From assembly GCA_964016885.1 (NCBI GenBank), contig OZ024740.1, positions 268,460,001 through 268,524,000 of the forward strand: DNA of 64,000 bases, in the 5' to 3' direction. This document shows, in pieces, positions 29,881-43,724 of this stretch. This DNA comes from Eledone cirrhosa (Eukaryota). The position numbers and the translations under genes were made by a program. The stretch's first letter is position 1. Every line of letters starts with the position of its first letter. The notes under the pieces were generated by a model. That model saw nothing but the letters and a program-made list of their open reading frames with translations, did not search any database and was not told the DNA's origin.

Positions 29881-30310
29881 CTACACCTGTATACATATCT
29901 ACCTAGTTGATCTGTAAATTCCAATAAGAGAGTCTTGTAACTGTTAGAAACCGACACTCTCTCTCTATTGGCAAAAATTTGTGAAATTATAAAACCAGAA
30001 GAACATACATACATATATATACATACATACATATGTTTTCCTTTATTACTGAAGTTTAACACGACTTTATACACGTACGATGAAAAGGAGAACTATGAAA
30101 AGAATGGAGTTTTATCTGTTTGTAAATGGTTTGTTGAGTTACGTTTTACTTTGAATATCCTAGAGTAATGAGGGCAGGACTAGTTGGGTTGTGGGACAAT
30201 TTGAGGATTTTGCGTACAGTTTTTCTTTTTCCCCTTTACCTATTCTATTGCACTATGCGCTCTGCTTCGCAGACTATATATATATACGGAGAGAGAGAGA
30301 GAGAGAGAGA

Positions 30311-30973
<663 letters not shown>

Positions 30974-30974
30974 A

Positions 30975-31014
<40 letters not shown>

Positions 31015-31018
<4 letters not shown>

Positions 31019-31519
31019 TATGTATACGTACATAGATATATGTATACAAACGTACAGTAGTATGTATATATATACATACATGCACAAATATATATGTACG
31101 TATGGGTTTACCGAACATTTATTATAATGTTCGGTTTGTTTGTAAACAAACAGCATAAGGAAAGTATATACTTTCAGACGTTCAATCATCTGGCAGGAAG
31201 GTATACGATGCTGACGATAGCTAATAAGCTTGAAACTAGTACATCGTTCCTGTGTCAGTGTTGAACCAAAGGTGACGTTGGTTGCCTGAACGCTGTACGG
31301 CGAAATTCGGGCTGTTTGTTTGTTTACAAACAAACCGAACATTATAATAAATTTTCGGTAAACCCATACGTACATATATATGTGTGCATGTATATATATA
31401 TATATATACATACTACTGTACGTCTGTATACATATATGTATGTACGTAGACATACATACTTACATTTAAGTATCAGCCGTACTAAGAATGAGAAATGAAA
31501 TTTCGTTTCATTGTTTTCC

Positions 31520-31522
<3 letters not shown>
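31015..31522 (+). mobile_element. Family I element with inverted arms and intact HHR at 31205-31247
   Basis: ACGAUG-CUGACGA-uAGCUaauaAGCUu-GAA-ACUAGU-A-CAUCGU; second copy at 54280-54968. Confidence 0.85.
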
Positions 31523-31568
<46 letters not shown>

Positions 31569-31574
31569 AAAATG

Positions 31575-31639
<65 letters not shown>

Positions 31640-31642
<3 letters not shown>

Positions 31643-31740
31643 ATGTTTAACCCCGACGGCAGAGCTCAAGCCGTTTCGACGGTTATTTCTGGAAATAGCC
31701 GTCGAAATGGGTTGAGCTCTGCCGTCGGGTTAAACATTTT

Positions 31741-31743
<3 letters not shown>
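31640..31743. mobile_element. Family A fold-back
   Basis: Near-perfect 100-bp palindrome between (TA)n tracts. Confidence 0.8.
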
Positions 31744-31787
<44 letters not shown>

Positions 31788-33009
31788 ATATTAAATAGAT
31801 GGAAACTATATTTATAAAACCATATTTATTCTATTATATATATTTCAAGAGTACCAACACTTTGGTATGCTTTCATCAGATAAAATACAAAGTTTGTTTT
31901 ATAAATTTTGACATAACCAGAAAAAGATACCTTAACGGTTCAAGTTTTCCTTGGATAGTGAAGGGATAAGTGAAGAAAAGTCAGATATTTCAAATTATTA
32001 AGATGAGTATGCAAATGAGGTTGATGTATAGGGCTGAAAAAAACGTTATTTTAGACGCTATGCAGAATTTAAATGTATGAGTAGGAAGAAGAAAAAGGAA
32101 GAAGACCTTGTATTTACGTTAATTTAAAAGGAAAGGTGGAATATGATTCCAAAATTTAAATTTTTTTAGCTATATTATGAGTTATAATATTGTATATATA
32201 ATCAATTAGATTATATGAAGAATTATGGTTGTAACTATATTTTATCTTATTACATTACAATAGGTTATAAGTATATAAATATCTATATAGATTAATAATT
32301 GTGCATGTATAAGTATTATAGAAATAGAAATAATTTACAATATGAGTTACGAAGGATGTTGATTTTGCATTTTACATTAAAAAAAACAGGTGGTTCAAGT
32401 TGTAAGAGGAGAACAATTTGTAGATTCGCATATTTTGTTCCAACATTGAAAATGTTTTCAGAATATTGTTAATTTAGCGAAGTTATATAGTTTAACGTAG
32501 ATATTATATTATAATATGTTTATGTTTCCACGATTGAAAAGGGAAAGATAACTCCAATCTTGTTTGTTAACCGTTAAATTTGATGAATGATTTGCTCAGA
32601 AAATATATAGAGAAAATTATATTTTATTTCGTGTGAGATTAATTATTTTAGTCGAAAGATGTGTGAAAGGAGAGGAAAAACGTAATGTGTATTTCGAACT
32701 ATCGTAAAGAGAATACATTTTCAGAATGTCAATTAAAGATTACCAATCTACATCTAAAAAAATATATTTAGAGGGGTATCATTAAGAAAACAATGTCAGA
32801 AGTTAAAAAAATATAAAAAATTATATATATTACAAAAATTTATTAAAAGGTAAAAATAGTAGAAATATTAAAAAATTAAGAAGGAGGGTCATTTAAAAGA
32901 ATTTACATTTAATTTTAAATTTAAATTTTTAAAGAAAATAGGATCTTTAAAGAAAATAGGATTTTTAAAGAAAATATGATCATTTTGAAGGTGTATAAGA
33001 TATAGTCAA

Positions 33010-33765
33010 GTGTAATGAATTTCATACTTCTGAAAGTAGAATTTTGGCGATGTCTGCAAGAAGAAAATAATTCTGTTTTAAGAATAATAGAGTTTCGACA
33101 GTTAATTATATATAAAAAGAAAACTCGATACGCAAGTTACAGAATCTTGAGAAAGCCATATTTCGGTATGCAGGTACTTTCGAAATCGTTCCCCAAGATA
33201 TTGAATAGTCTATATTGTTGTCTTTTAAGTTGCAAATTAAATGTGAAAGTGAAGTGGAAGATTTTTTTATCGGATTTCTTAAATCTGTGTTTATGGTTAT
33301 ACCAGTGTTCTTTGAATTTTGTAGAAGTGGCACCAATATAGTTAAATTCTTTGTCTCTAGTTTTAACTGTGCATTTATAAATTACGTTTTTGTCCAAGCA
33401 ATTATTTTGTAAAGGGCAGTTTGATTTAATTCTACAGTTATATTTTCTGCAGTTGTTGTTGTTCGGAACGGTACTATTATTCTGAATATTGTTGTTAGAA
33501 ATATTATTATTGCTATTTTGGTTAGTTTGGTTAGGGTTTAAATTTAAGTTTCTATTATTAATTTTATTTATGTTTTCTGCTATGTTCATAGTAGTAGAGT
33601 AGGATATTTTATAGTGTGTCTGTAAAAAATAAAGTGGTATCTGTGGGCTTTAGGAAAACATTTATCTAGTGCTTTAAAGAATAGCTTAGCTAAAGGTGTT
33701 TTAACAGTTAATGAGAATGGGGGAGAGTACCAAATAATATTTCTAGTTCTAGTTTTTTTGTTTGG
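33010..33765 (-). pseudogene. PLE thumb/linker + GIY-YIG endonuclease, frameshifted
   Basis: RNIIWYSPPFS..., NCRIKSNCPLQNNCLDKNVIYKCTV..YIGATSTKFKEHWYNHK, STSLSHLI, ELFSSCRH. Confidence 0.85.
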
Positions 33766-34012
33766 TTTAGTGTTTAAGTTAAATTGTATTTTTTATTATT
33801 ATAATTAATTCTAGGATGATTTGTCATGTTATTGTGATCTATATATTTAATTGTATTCGACTATCCTGCTCTATGTAAAGATTCATTGTAATATTCTGCC
33901 TTATCACCAAAAATATTTTTATTAGCAGAGATGCGTGAAATCCGTTGCTGGACACTATTGACTGTAGTGTTTTTAATATTTCTAGGATGATTAGAATTGA
34001 AACTTACGTAAT

Positions 34013-34197
34013 AATAATTGTTTCTACTTTAGGCACAAGGCCAGCAATTACCCAGTGCATTACTGGTACTTTATTTTATCGACCCCGTAAGGATGAAAGG
34101 CAAAGTCAACCTTGGCGGGATTTGAAATCAGATCGTAAAGGGACGTAATTATGGTGGAAAGCATGTCGTCCGACCCTCTACCGATACTGCCAATCCA
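34013..34197 (-). mobile_element. tRNA-derived Meta-like SINE
   Basis: Same family core. Confidence 0.85.
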
Positions 34198-34325
34198 CAC
34201 GTAATAATAATATTATTTAATAATATATCAGTGAATATTATACTCCAGAAAACTTGTCGAGTGCACTGAATTAGTTATAAACATTTATATTTGTTGAATT
34301 ACCAACAAATTGAATATCCCTTTTG

Positions 34326-34414
<89 letters not shown>

Positions 34415-34417
<3 letters not shown>

Positions 34418-34900
34418 ATTCTGTGTTTTTCTCTCTCTCTCTTACTGATCCCCCATTCTCTCTGTTTCTCCTACCTTCTTTCGCCCCCTCTGTCATGTCA
34501 GTTAACTCTTCCTCACACTTTCACTCACTCACTGTTTCTCCTCTCTTCATTTCATCCTGTACACCACGAAGGCTATTTTTCTCTCTTCTCACATGGCCAT
34601 CGTTCGTGTAAGGTCTTTTTTCTAAAGCGCTCATATATTCACCTAGCTTATGCTAAACAGAATAATTATGAAGCTTGTTTCATTCCTCTACGGTTAGCTA
34701 TACTCTTTGTTGTTCTCCTGTCTCACTCGCTTTACGCGTTTTAATTGTCCTAATAACTTATTTTAGTTATTATTGCACCGACGTGAGGTATATGATTTTT
34801 AATGCAATGAAATATCTATGATCGTCGGTAAATCACTGATGAGGGACTCATTTTATTACATGTTATCCATGCGCTACCTGCAGTATTTCTCTCCATATTT

Positions 34901-34905
<5 letters not shown>
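34415..34905 (+). mobile_element. Family H element with two degenerate HHR-like motifs
   Basis: Homologous to 41155-41675 (minus). Confidence 0.6.
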
Positions 34906-34942
<37 letters not shown>

Positions 34943-34945
<3 letters not shown>

Positions 34946-35535
34946 AGTAAAAATTAGCGAGAATCGAATTTCAGCCTATGAAATAACGAAAAAAACACAT
35001 TCGAATTGTGAGGCAAGCGCTCAATAATTCAAAAGAATTAGAGCTTACAACTTACGTTAAAGGCCAAACACACTGAGATGGTGGTTAAACTAGTTATCCA
35101 CACAGCGAAGATTCGATCTCCTATTTCGGGTCAAACAGATATACAGATATAAAAATATATGGAAGCATAAATGTTTTATACTCACCGGACCCCTGGAATG
35201 ATGGTAAAGTCCAGTGTTGGGGTTTCTGCGGCTCCAAAAGTTAATTACTGTCCACTTACATAAAGGATGTTAAGTTTCTCGTATCCTGACTCAACTAGGA
35301 GTGCGCGTTATCAACGGGATTCAGTTCTGAAGACCACATAGATGTGTCTGTAACTGACCCCACGTGGGGTTCAGCAAGGGAGGCAACAGCTGAATTAGGC
35401 GAATGAATTCATCTGTGTATAATATTGCGAAAATGCAAAATATCACAAATCGAATGAAGTTCTCGACAGAGTGGTTAAATATAACAAAGCTATTCGGCAG
35501 TCAATAGAATAGACCAGAACCAGTCAATAAAATTA
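34943..35535 (-). mobile_element. Family B element
   Basis: Diverged, collinear homolog of 44580-45125; (TA)n flanks. Confidence 0.7.
35185..35317 (-). ncRNA. Large HHR with U3-A8 core and extended stems II and III
   Basis: CCG-UUGAUAA-cGCGcaCUCC...GGAGcCGCa-GAA-ACCC..CUGGA-loop-UCCAG-GGGU-C-CGG. Confidence 0.7.
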
Positions 35536-35536
35536 A

Positions 35537-36225
<689 letters not shown>

Positions 36226-36358
36226 ATATATATATAAATATATATATATATAATATATATAATATATATAATATATATAATATATATATTATATATATAT
36301 ATATATAATATATATATATATATATTATATATATAATATATATATATATATAATATAT

Positions 36359-36449
<91 letters not shown>

Positions 36450-36461
36450 TAACATATGTAT

Positions 36462-36510
<49 letters not shown>

Positions 36511-36601
36511 CGAAGGAAATGTGGTAAGGAACCAGGTGGACCATAACGCACCAAAGTACTCAATACTTGAGGTAGTAGAGTGGGTAATAGGAACCAGTAA
36601 G

Positions 36602-36695
36602 ACCCCGACAGCTGAGCTCAAGCCGTTTCGACGGCTAAATCTGGACTAAATGAAAATTTATCCTGGTATTTAAATAGCCGATCTTCTCAAGGGGT
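36602..36695 (-). ncRNA. Family A full HHR with U3-A8 core (element 36508-36745)
   Basis: ACCCC-UUGAGAA-GAuCGGCUA...UAGCCGUC-GAA-ACGGCU-ugagcuc-AGCUGU-C-GGGGU. Confidence 0.8.
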
Positions 36696-36744
36696 AATTC
36701 CATATGCAAATATCCTACAGTTTGTAGGACTGGAGTATACATAA

Positions 36745-37108
36745 TATATAAGATCAAAAGATGGTTAAAGGAGTTCCATGTATTTTATTATGCGCATTTC
36801 AAAAACAAACATCATCATGCAATAATATTTGTGTTTTCATCAGATAAAACAGGAGGACATGATATGAAGGCTAAAAAACACTTGTGGATAGTGCAGTTTT
36901 AAATCAACATATGTTGATTTAAAACAACATATGTTGATTTAAATCAACATATGTTGATTTAAAACTGCACTATCCACAAGTGTTTTTTAGCCTTCATATC
37001 ATGTCCTCCTGTTTTATCTGATGAAAACACAAATATTATTGCATGATGATGTTTGTTTTTGAAATGCGCATAATAAAATACATGGAACTCCTTTAACCAT
37101 CTTTTGAT

Positions 37109-37112
<4 letters not shown>
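36745..37112. mobile_element. Family M fold-back with intact HHR in both arms (36782-36848 minus, 37012-37078 plus)
   Basis: UUUUAU-CUGAUGA-long stem II-GAA-AUGCGCAU-A-AUAAAA; arms appear identical by eye. Confidence 0.85.
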
Positions 37113-37170
<58 letters not shown>

Positions 37171-37315
37171 TATATAGGTAAGTTATTCCGGGTTGAATCG
37201 GATGTAACCACAGCAAGTAAGGTACTCAATACATAGCATCTTAAAACTATATTAAAACTATATATATATATAATAATAATAATAATGATAATAATAATAA
37301 TAATAAATATATATA

Positions 37316-37404
<89 letters not shown>

Positions 37405-37653
37405 GAAAGTTATAGAAAGTATTGTAGCAAGAAGCCAACAGTATTCCATAATATATAAGTGACTATAGCGTCAAAATGGGAAAAGAGTTAACGTAAGATG
37501 TGGGAAAAATAATTCAAACTCAATTCAGAAAGAATCAGGCTATAGATTTATCCAACAGAATTTAGTGAAATCCAGGGAAAAATCAATAGAGCCTTAACTC
37601 ATGATAAAATAAAGTTTAAAATACTCATCCTTCAATTTGGGACAACTACAAAT

Positions 37654-37736
37654 GCTCTGTATAATCTTCAAAAAGACTATTTCACGTAAACTTTCAGTGG
37701 AGATTGTCACGGTTGGAATACGATCCTCAGCAGAGC
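37654..37736 (-). ncRNA. Type I HHR, intact core (element about 37400-37962)
   Basis: GCUCUG-CUGAGGA-uCGUA...UACGu-GAA-AUAGUCUU-uuug-AAGAUUAU-A-CAGAGC. Confidence 0.8.
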
Positions 37737-37958
37737 TCAACACGATAGCTAGATTCTCACTGATTAATATGCCAAAAAGGGAATTTAAAAGCAGGCTAGT
37801 TTACCATCATGCGTGATTATGAAAATAAAACGCACATGTGGAAAAACAGGGCTGGTGACGTCAGAATGAGACGAATGTTTGATTACATGAAACAACAGTC
37901 AAAAACATTCCGAAAAAAACTATAATAAGGAGTTCAGATTTTTTTTTTAAATTCCGGG

Positions 37959-38013
<55 letters not shown>

Positions 38014-38098
38014 ATATATAATATATGGTGCCCCAGCATGGCCTCAGCCGGATGGCTGGAACAGGTAAAAGTGCAAAAGAGTATATATAATATATATA

Positions 38099-38166
<68 letters not shown>

Positions 38167-38324
38167 TTAGTTATACTATTTATGGTTATGTAAACACAAA
38201 ACCTTAAGCAGTTGTAAGTATTTTACACACACCCTAAATAGTGGTAGGCAGTAATGTATTACTACCTTATTACCAGTAAGTTAAGTAGCTCAATGTAAAA
38301 ACATCAGATGATTTACAGAGCAGT

Positions 38325-39391
38325 TATATGAAATATAAGAATCAAAGAACTGTTCAAAACATTATTGTGCTTTCAGCTGTTTCCTCCAAACCGAGGTTTG
38401 GATTCTTCGGAGCAATTTATTAATGCATGGACAGTTATATGACCTCCTTTTCAGCCGAGAGACATACCAATACATATTCAAACATTGATACATATTCAAA
38501 CATTGTGGGTCAACATTCATTACAGAATTTAGAGTGGCAGTACACACTTCGAGATTACATTTATATTAATAGGTACAATCAAAAATCAAAGATATAGGTT
38601 AAAGTACAACATGAAGATAAGTGGTTATATAGTGCAAATGTTATATGTGTGGCACGCATGTGCGTCTTGTTTATATAGTGTGGCAGAGAGATATGTGTGG
38701 TAGAGGCACTTAGGTAGGTAAATAAGAGTGTTAGGTTGGTAGATCTGGTGGCAAAGTCTTTATATGATTGATATAGTCTGTGTGTGGAGAAATATTATAA
38801 GCATTAAAGATAGTGCAAGCATTAAAAGTGTTATAAGTATTGGAGATGCACAGCGCAGGGATGTCAAGTAATTCATGTACTTCGGCATTTTCATGGTCAA
38901 GGGAGTGTATATTTCGATTATATGCCTTTCACATAATCCACGACAATCCAGTTAGAGATCGTAGTCTGGTGTTCTTTAGTTCGATACAGGAGGTTATTTA
39001 CCTACCTAAGTGCCTCTACCACACATATCTCTCTGCCACACTATATAAACAAGACGCACATGCGTGCCACACATATAACATTTGCACTATATAACCACTT
39101 ATCTTCATGTTGTACTTTAACCTATATCTTTGATTTTTGATTGTACCTATTAATATAAATGTAATCTCGAAGTGTGTACTGCCACTCTAAATTCTGTAAT
39201 GAATGTTGACCCACAATGTTTGAATATGTATCAATGTTTGAATATGTATTGGTATGTCTCTCGGCTGAAAAGGAGGTCATATAACTGTCCATGCATTAAT
39301 AAATTGCTCCGAAGAATCCAAACCTCGGTTTGGAGGAAACAGCTGAAAGCACAATAATGTTTTGAACAGTTCTTTGATTCTTATATTTCAT

Positions 39392-39395
<4 letters not shown>
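38325..39395. mobile_element. Family N fold-back (arms about 400 bp) with variant HHR (39305-39351 plus)
   Basis: 38325-38723 inverted at 38995-39393 (identical 61-aa ORFs on opposite strands); UGCU-CCGAAGA-UCCAAAC/GUUUGGA-GAAACAGCUGAA-AGCA. Confidence 0.8.
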
Positions 39396-39429
<34 letters not shown>

Positions 39430-39660
39430 CAAATAACGAAACGAAATTAAATTTCGTTTCGTTTGTAACTCACTTTTGTATGACTGACGCTCAAACAATT
39501 AAGTCAAAGATGTACATCCATATATGTAAAGTGATCAGTGAAAAAAAAAAAACTTGGTACATCTACATATGTATACGTGTGTGTATTCATATACATACTA
39601 GTATTTCAGTATACATATATGGATGTACATCTTTGACTTAATTGTTATATATATATATAT

Positions 39661-40237
39661 AGTAATAATAATAAAATTGAAGACTAAAATCCAAAGAGGG
39701 CTCGATAAGGAAAATATATATCAAATATATAAGAACCGTAGAGCAAATATTTATTAAAATAACAGATTAAAGTTTAAGCAAAGAATCGCTGCTTTCACCC
39801 TTAACGGGATCTTCTGAAACTAACAAAGTCAATCTGTAAACGCAGAACTGGATATTTCAAAAAACGTTGCAACCGGAGGAAGACAGGAAGACGATACTTT
39901 GGTTCGTGGTAACGTTCGCTGGCAAAGAACAGGAAAAAACGAATAATACGTCATTAATAGGAGCGGTGAAAAACAATTACGCGCAAAGACAAAACCACGT
40001 TTATGGTATAAAAGAGGTCGTAGACTAATGTTCTCTTAGGTGGTGCATAGAGACGTTCTCTGGCAATGAACGAAAAAACGAAGATAATAAGTCATATGTG
40101 GAGCGTGGAGAACAATAGCACGCAAAGACAAAACCACGTAAATGGTATAGCAGAAATCGTAGACTAAAATTCTAACTAGGAGACCCGTTAAGGGTGAAAG
40201 CAGCGATTCTTTGCTTAAACTTTAATCTGTTATTTTA

Positions 40238-40243
<6 letters not shown>
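39661..40243 (-). mobile_element. Family D element with HHR (39771-39821), internal about 135-bp tandem and short inverted arm
   Basis: AGUUU-CAGAAGA-uCCCguuaaGGGu-GAA-AGCAG..UUGCU-U-AAACU; second copy at 43082-43303. Confidence 0.75.
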
Positions 40244-40284
<41 letters not shown>

Positions 40285-40312
40285 TTAAAATTTAATTTCG
40301 TTTCGTTATTTG

Positions 40313-40356
<44 letters not shown>

Positions 40357-40361
<5 letters not shown>

Positions 40362-41080
40362 AATTTATATCTAGTAACATTTATATACATACAGATGCAT
40401 ATCAATGCAATGCTAGCAAATATATAGGTTTTGTCTTAGTAACATTGTGGTTCAATGCATGGGGTTGCAGAACAATAATATGAGAGACGTAAGATAAGAA
40501 AATTATAAAATTATAAAAAAATTATAAAATTGACTTACTTACTAAAATATCACTTCCAACTAATTAGTTTCTGGAATGGAGTAAATATATTTTCCGAAGA
40601 ACATAATGAAAAGCATTCTGTCGTCAGGAAAGTCTCTTTTCATGTAAGTTTCCAGGTATAGCGAGGACCCTGGAAACTTATTAAAAAAATAATTCAGTGG
40701 AGTGGAAATAGCGAAGCGTGGACTGAAATCCTAGCCATTGAGAAAATCACTGTCTCTACGTCCGTGGCAAATTCAAAAAGAATCAATCACGTGACATCGA
40801 GGTCAATCAGTGGAAAGCGAGTTGTTAAAAAGACAGCGGCCTGCCTACTACTATAGCAGCAGTCATGGCCAATATTGCTCGACAAATGAATTGAAGATAA
40901 TTATAAAGAATTTATATCTAGTAACTTTATAGAGACTTTCCTGACGACGGAATGCTTTTCAATATGTTCTTCGGAAAATATATTTACTCCATTCCAGAAA
41001 CTAATTAGTTGGAAGTGATATTTTAGTAAGTAAGTCAATTTTATAATTTTTTTATAATTTTATAATTTTCTTATCTTACG

Positions 41081-41088
<8 letters not shown>
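40357..41088. mobile_element. Family G fold-back with HHR (40935-41016 plus; 40552-40633 minus)
   Basis: ACUUUC-CUGACGA-cGGAAUG...CAUUCCa-GAA-ACUAAUUAGU-U-GGAAGU. Confidence 0.8.
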
Positions 41089-41154
<66 letters not shown>

Positions 41155-41158
<4 letters not shown>

Positions 41159-41760
41159 AACAAGGGGAGAAGAATACTGCATGGTTGCACATGGATTAAT
41201 ATTATAAAATTAGTCCCTCATCAGTGATTTGCCAACCATCATTGGTATTTCATCGCATTAAAAATCAGATACCTCAGGTTGGTGCGAGCAATAACTAAAA
41301 TAAGCTATTGGGACAAGTGAAACGCGTAAAGCGAGTGAGACAAGTAAACAACAGAAGGAAAAGCAAACCGAAGGTTGGAAAACAGCAAGCCACATGATAG
41401 TTATCCGATCAGCATAATCTGGGTGAATTTCATGAGCGGTCAGAGAAGCAGACCGTACGCCGTGAATGCGGTGTGAGAAAGAAGGAACCCCACTACTAGC
41501 GAACGGGAGGAAGTGAGAAGGGGAGAAACAGAGAGTGAGTGAGTGGAAGTGCGAGGAAGAGGTCAGTCGAGAGAAAAAGTGTAACTGACAGAGAGGGCGA
41601 AAGAAGGTAAGAGAAACAGAGAGAACGGGGGAGCAGTAAGAGAGAAAGAGAGAAACAGATAATCGCAGTTTAGGTAAATATATATGAAAAACAAGGGGAG
41701 AAGAATACTGCATGGTTGCACATTGATTACATATTATAAAATGAGTCCCTCATCAGTGAT
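41155..41760 (-). mobile_element. Family H element with terminal direct repeat
   Basis: 41155-41228 repeated at 41685-41760; homologous to 34415-34905. Confidence 0.65.
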
Positions 41761-41771
41761 ATATATATATA

Positions 41772-42146
41772 TATTGAGTATATTGGTTGTTTACAGACAC
41801 CTTAGTATGCAGATTGGAGCACACGACGAAGTACACAGGTTGGTTTGTTTACTCTGGAGTAATGTAAAATAAAAGTCAAATATGTAAAATTTGGCTTCGT
41901 TTATTATAAATTTACTGCTATATATATTTCGGTGGCAGCTATTATTGGCTGTGACTTCTTCAGGCAGTCCGATTCCAGTTCCTCGGAGGAACTAACACCC
42001 AGGATCTGGACATATTGATGTAATGACAGAGTGAAATACACTTCAACAACATGTTTACCTGTCTTTTCGACACCAATTCGGACTACCTGAAGAGGTCACA
42101 GCCAATAATAGCTGTCACCGAAATATATATAGCAGTAAATTTATAA
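41772..42146. mobile_element. Family F fold-back with HHR (41914-41968 minus, 42082-42136 plus)
   Basis: ACUGC-CUGAAGA-..CAGC-loop-GCUG..-GAA-AUAUAUAU-A-GCAGU. Confidence 0.8.
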
Positions 42147-42984
<838 letters not shown>

Positions 42985-42996
42985 GTATATATATAT

Positions 42997-43066
<70 letters not shown>

Positions 43067-43081
43067 TATATATATATATAT

Positions 43082-43303
43082 AGTAATAATAATAAATTTG
43101 AAGACTAAAATCCAAAGAGGGCTCGATAAGGATAAATATATGTCAAATATATAAGAACCGTAGAGCAAATATTTATTAAAATAACAGATTAAATTTTAAG
43201 CAAAGAATCGCTGCTTTCATTCTTAACGGGATCTTCTGAAGATCCCATTAAGGGTGAAAGCAGCGATTCTTTGCTTAAACTTTAATCTGTTATTTTAATA
43301 AAT
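43082..43303. mobile_element. Family D fold-back with apex on the HHR core
   Basis: Apex GATCTTC-T-GAAGATC near 43237. Confidence 0.8.
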
Positions 43304-43343
43304 ATATATATATATATTATGCATATATATATATATAATATAT

Positions 43344-43379
<36 letters not shown>

Positions 43380-43473
43380 TTATGCATATATATATATATT
43401 ATATATATGCATAATAAAGTACCAGTAATGCACTGGGTAATTGCTGGCCTTGTGCCTAAAGTAGAAACAATTA

Positions 43474-43538
<65 letters not shown>

Positions 43539-43559
43539 GCATATATATATATAATATAT

Positions 43560-43629
<70 letters not shown>

Positions 43630-43662
43630 ATATATATATAATTTATATATAATATATATATA

Positions 43663-43717
<55 letters not shown>

Positions 43718-43724
<7 letters not shown>

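Larger units (their letters stand above)
31783..34330 (-). mobile_element. 5'-truncated Naiad-type Penelope-like element with HHR (31831-31883) and an inverted terminal segment
   Basis: Coding remnant 33000-33960; terminus shared with 11995-12335; SINE inserted at 34013. Confidence 0.75.

Noticed and set aside
35178-35230. Possible SECIS (ATGA..AAA) on plus, or splice donor GTGAGT on minus
   Set aside because: SECIS spacing is wrong and ATGA is not kept in the 44820 homolog; conservation is better explained by HHR stem III
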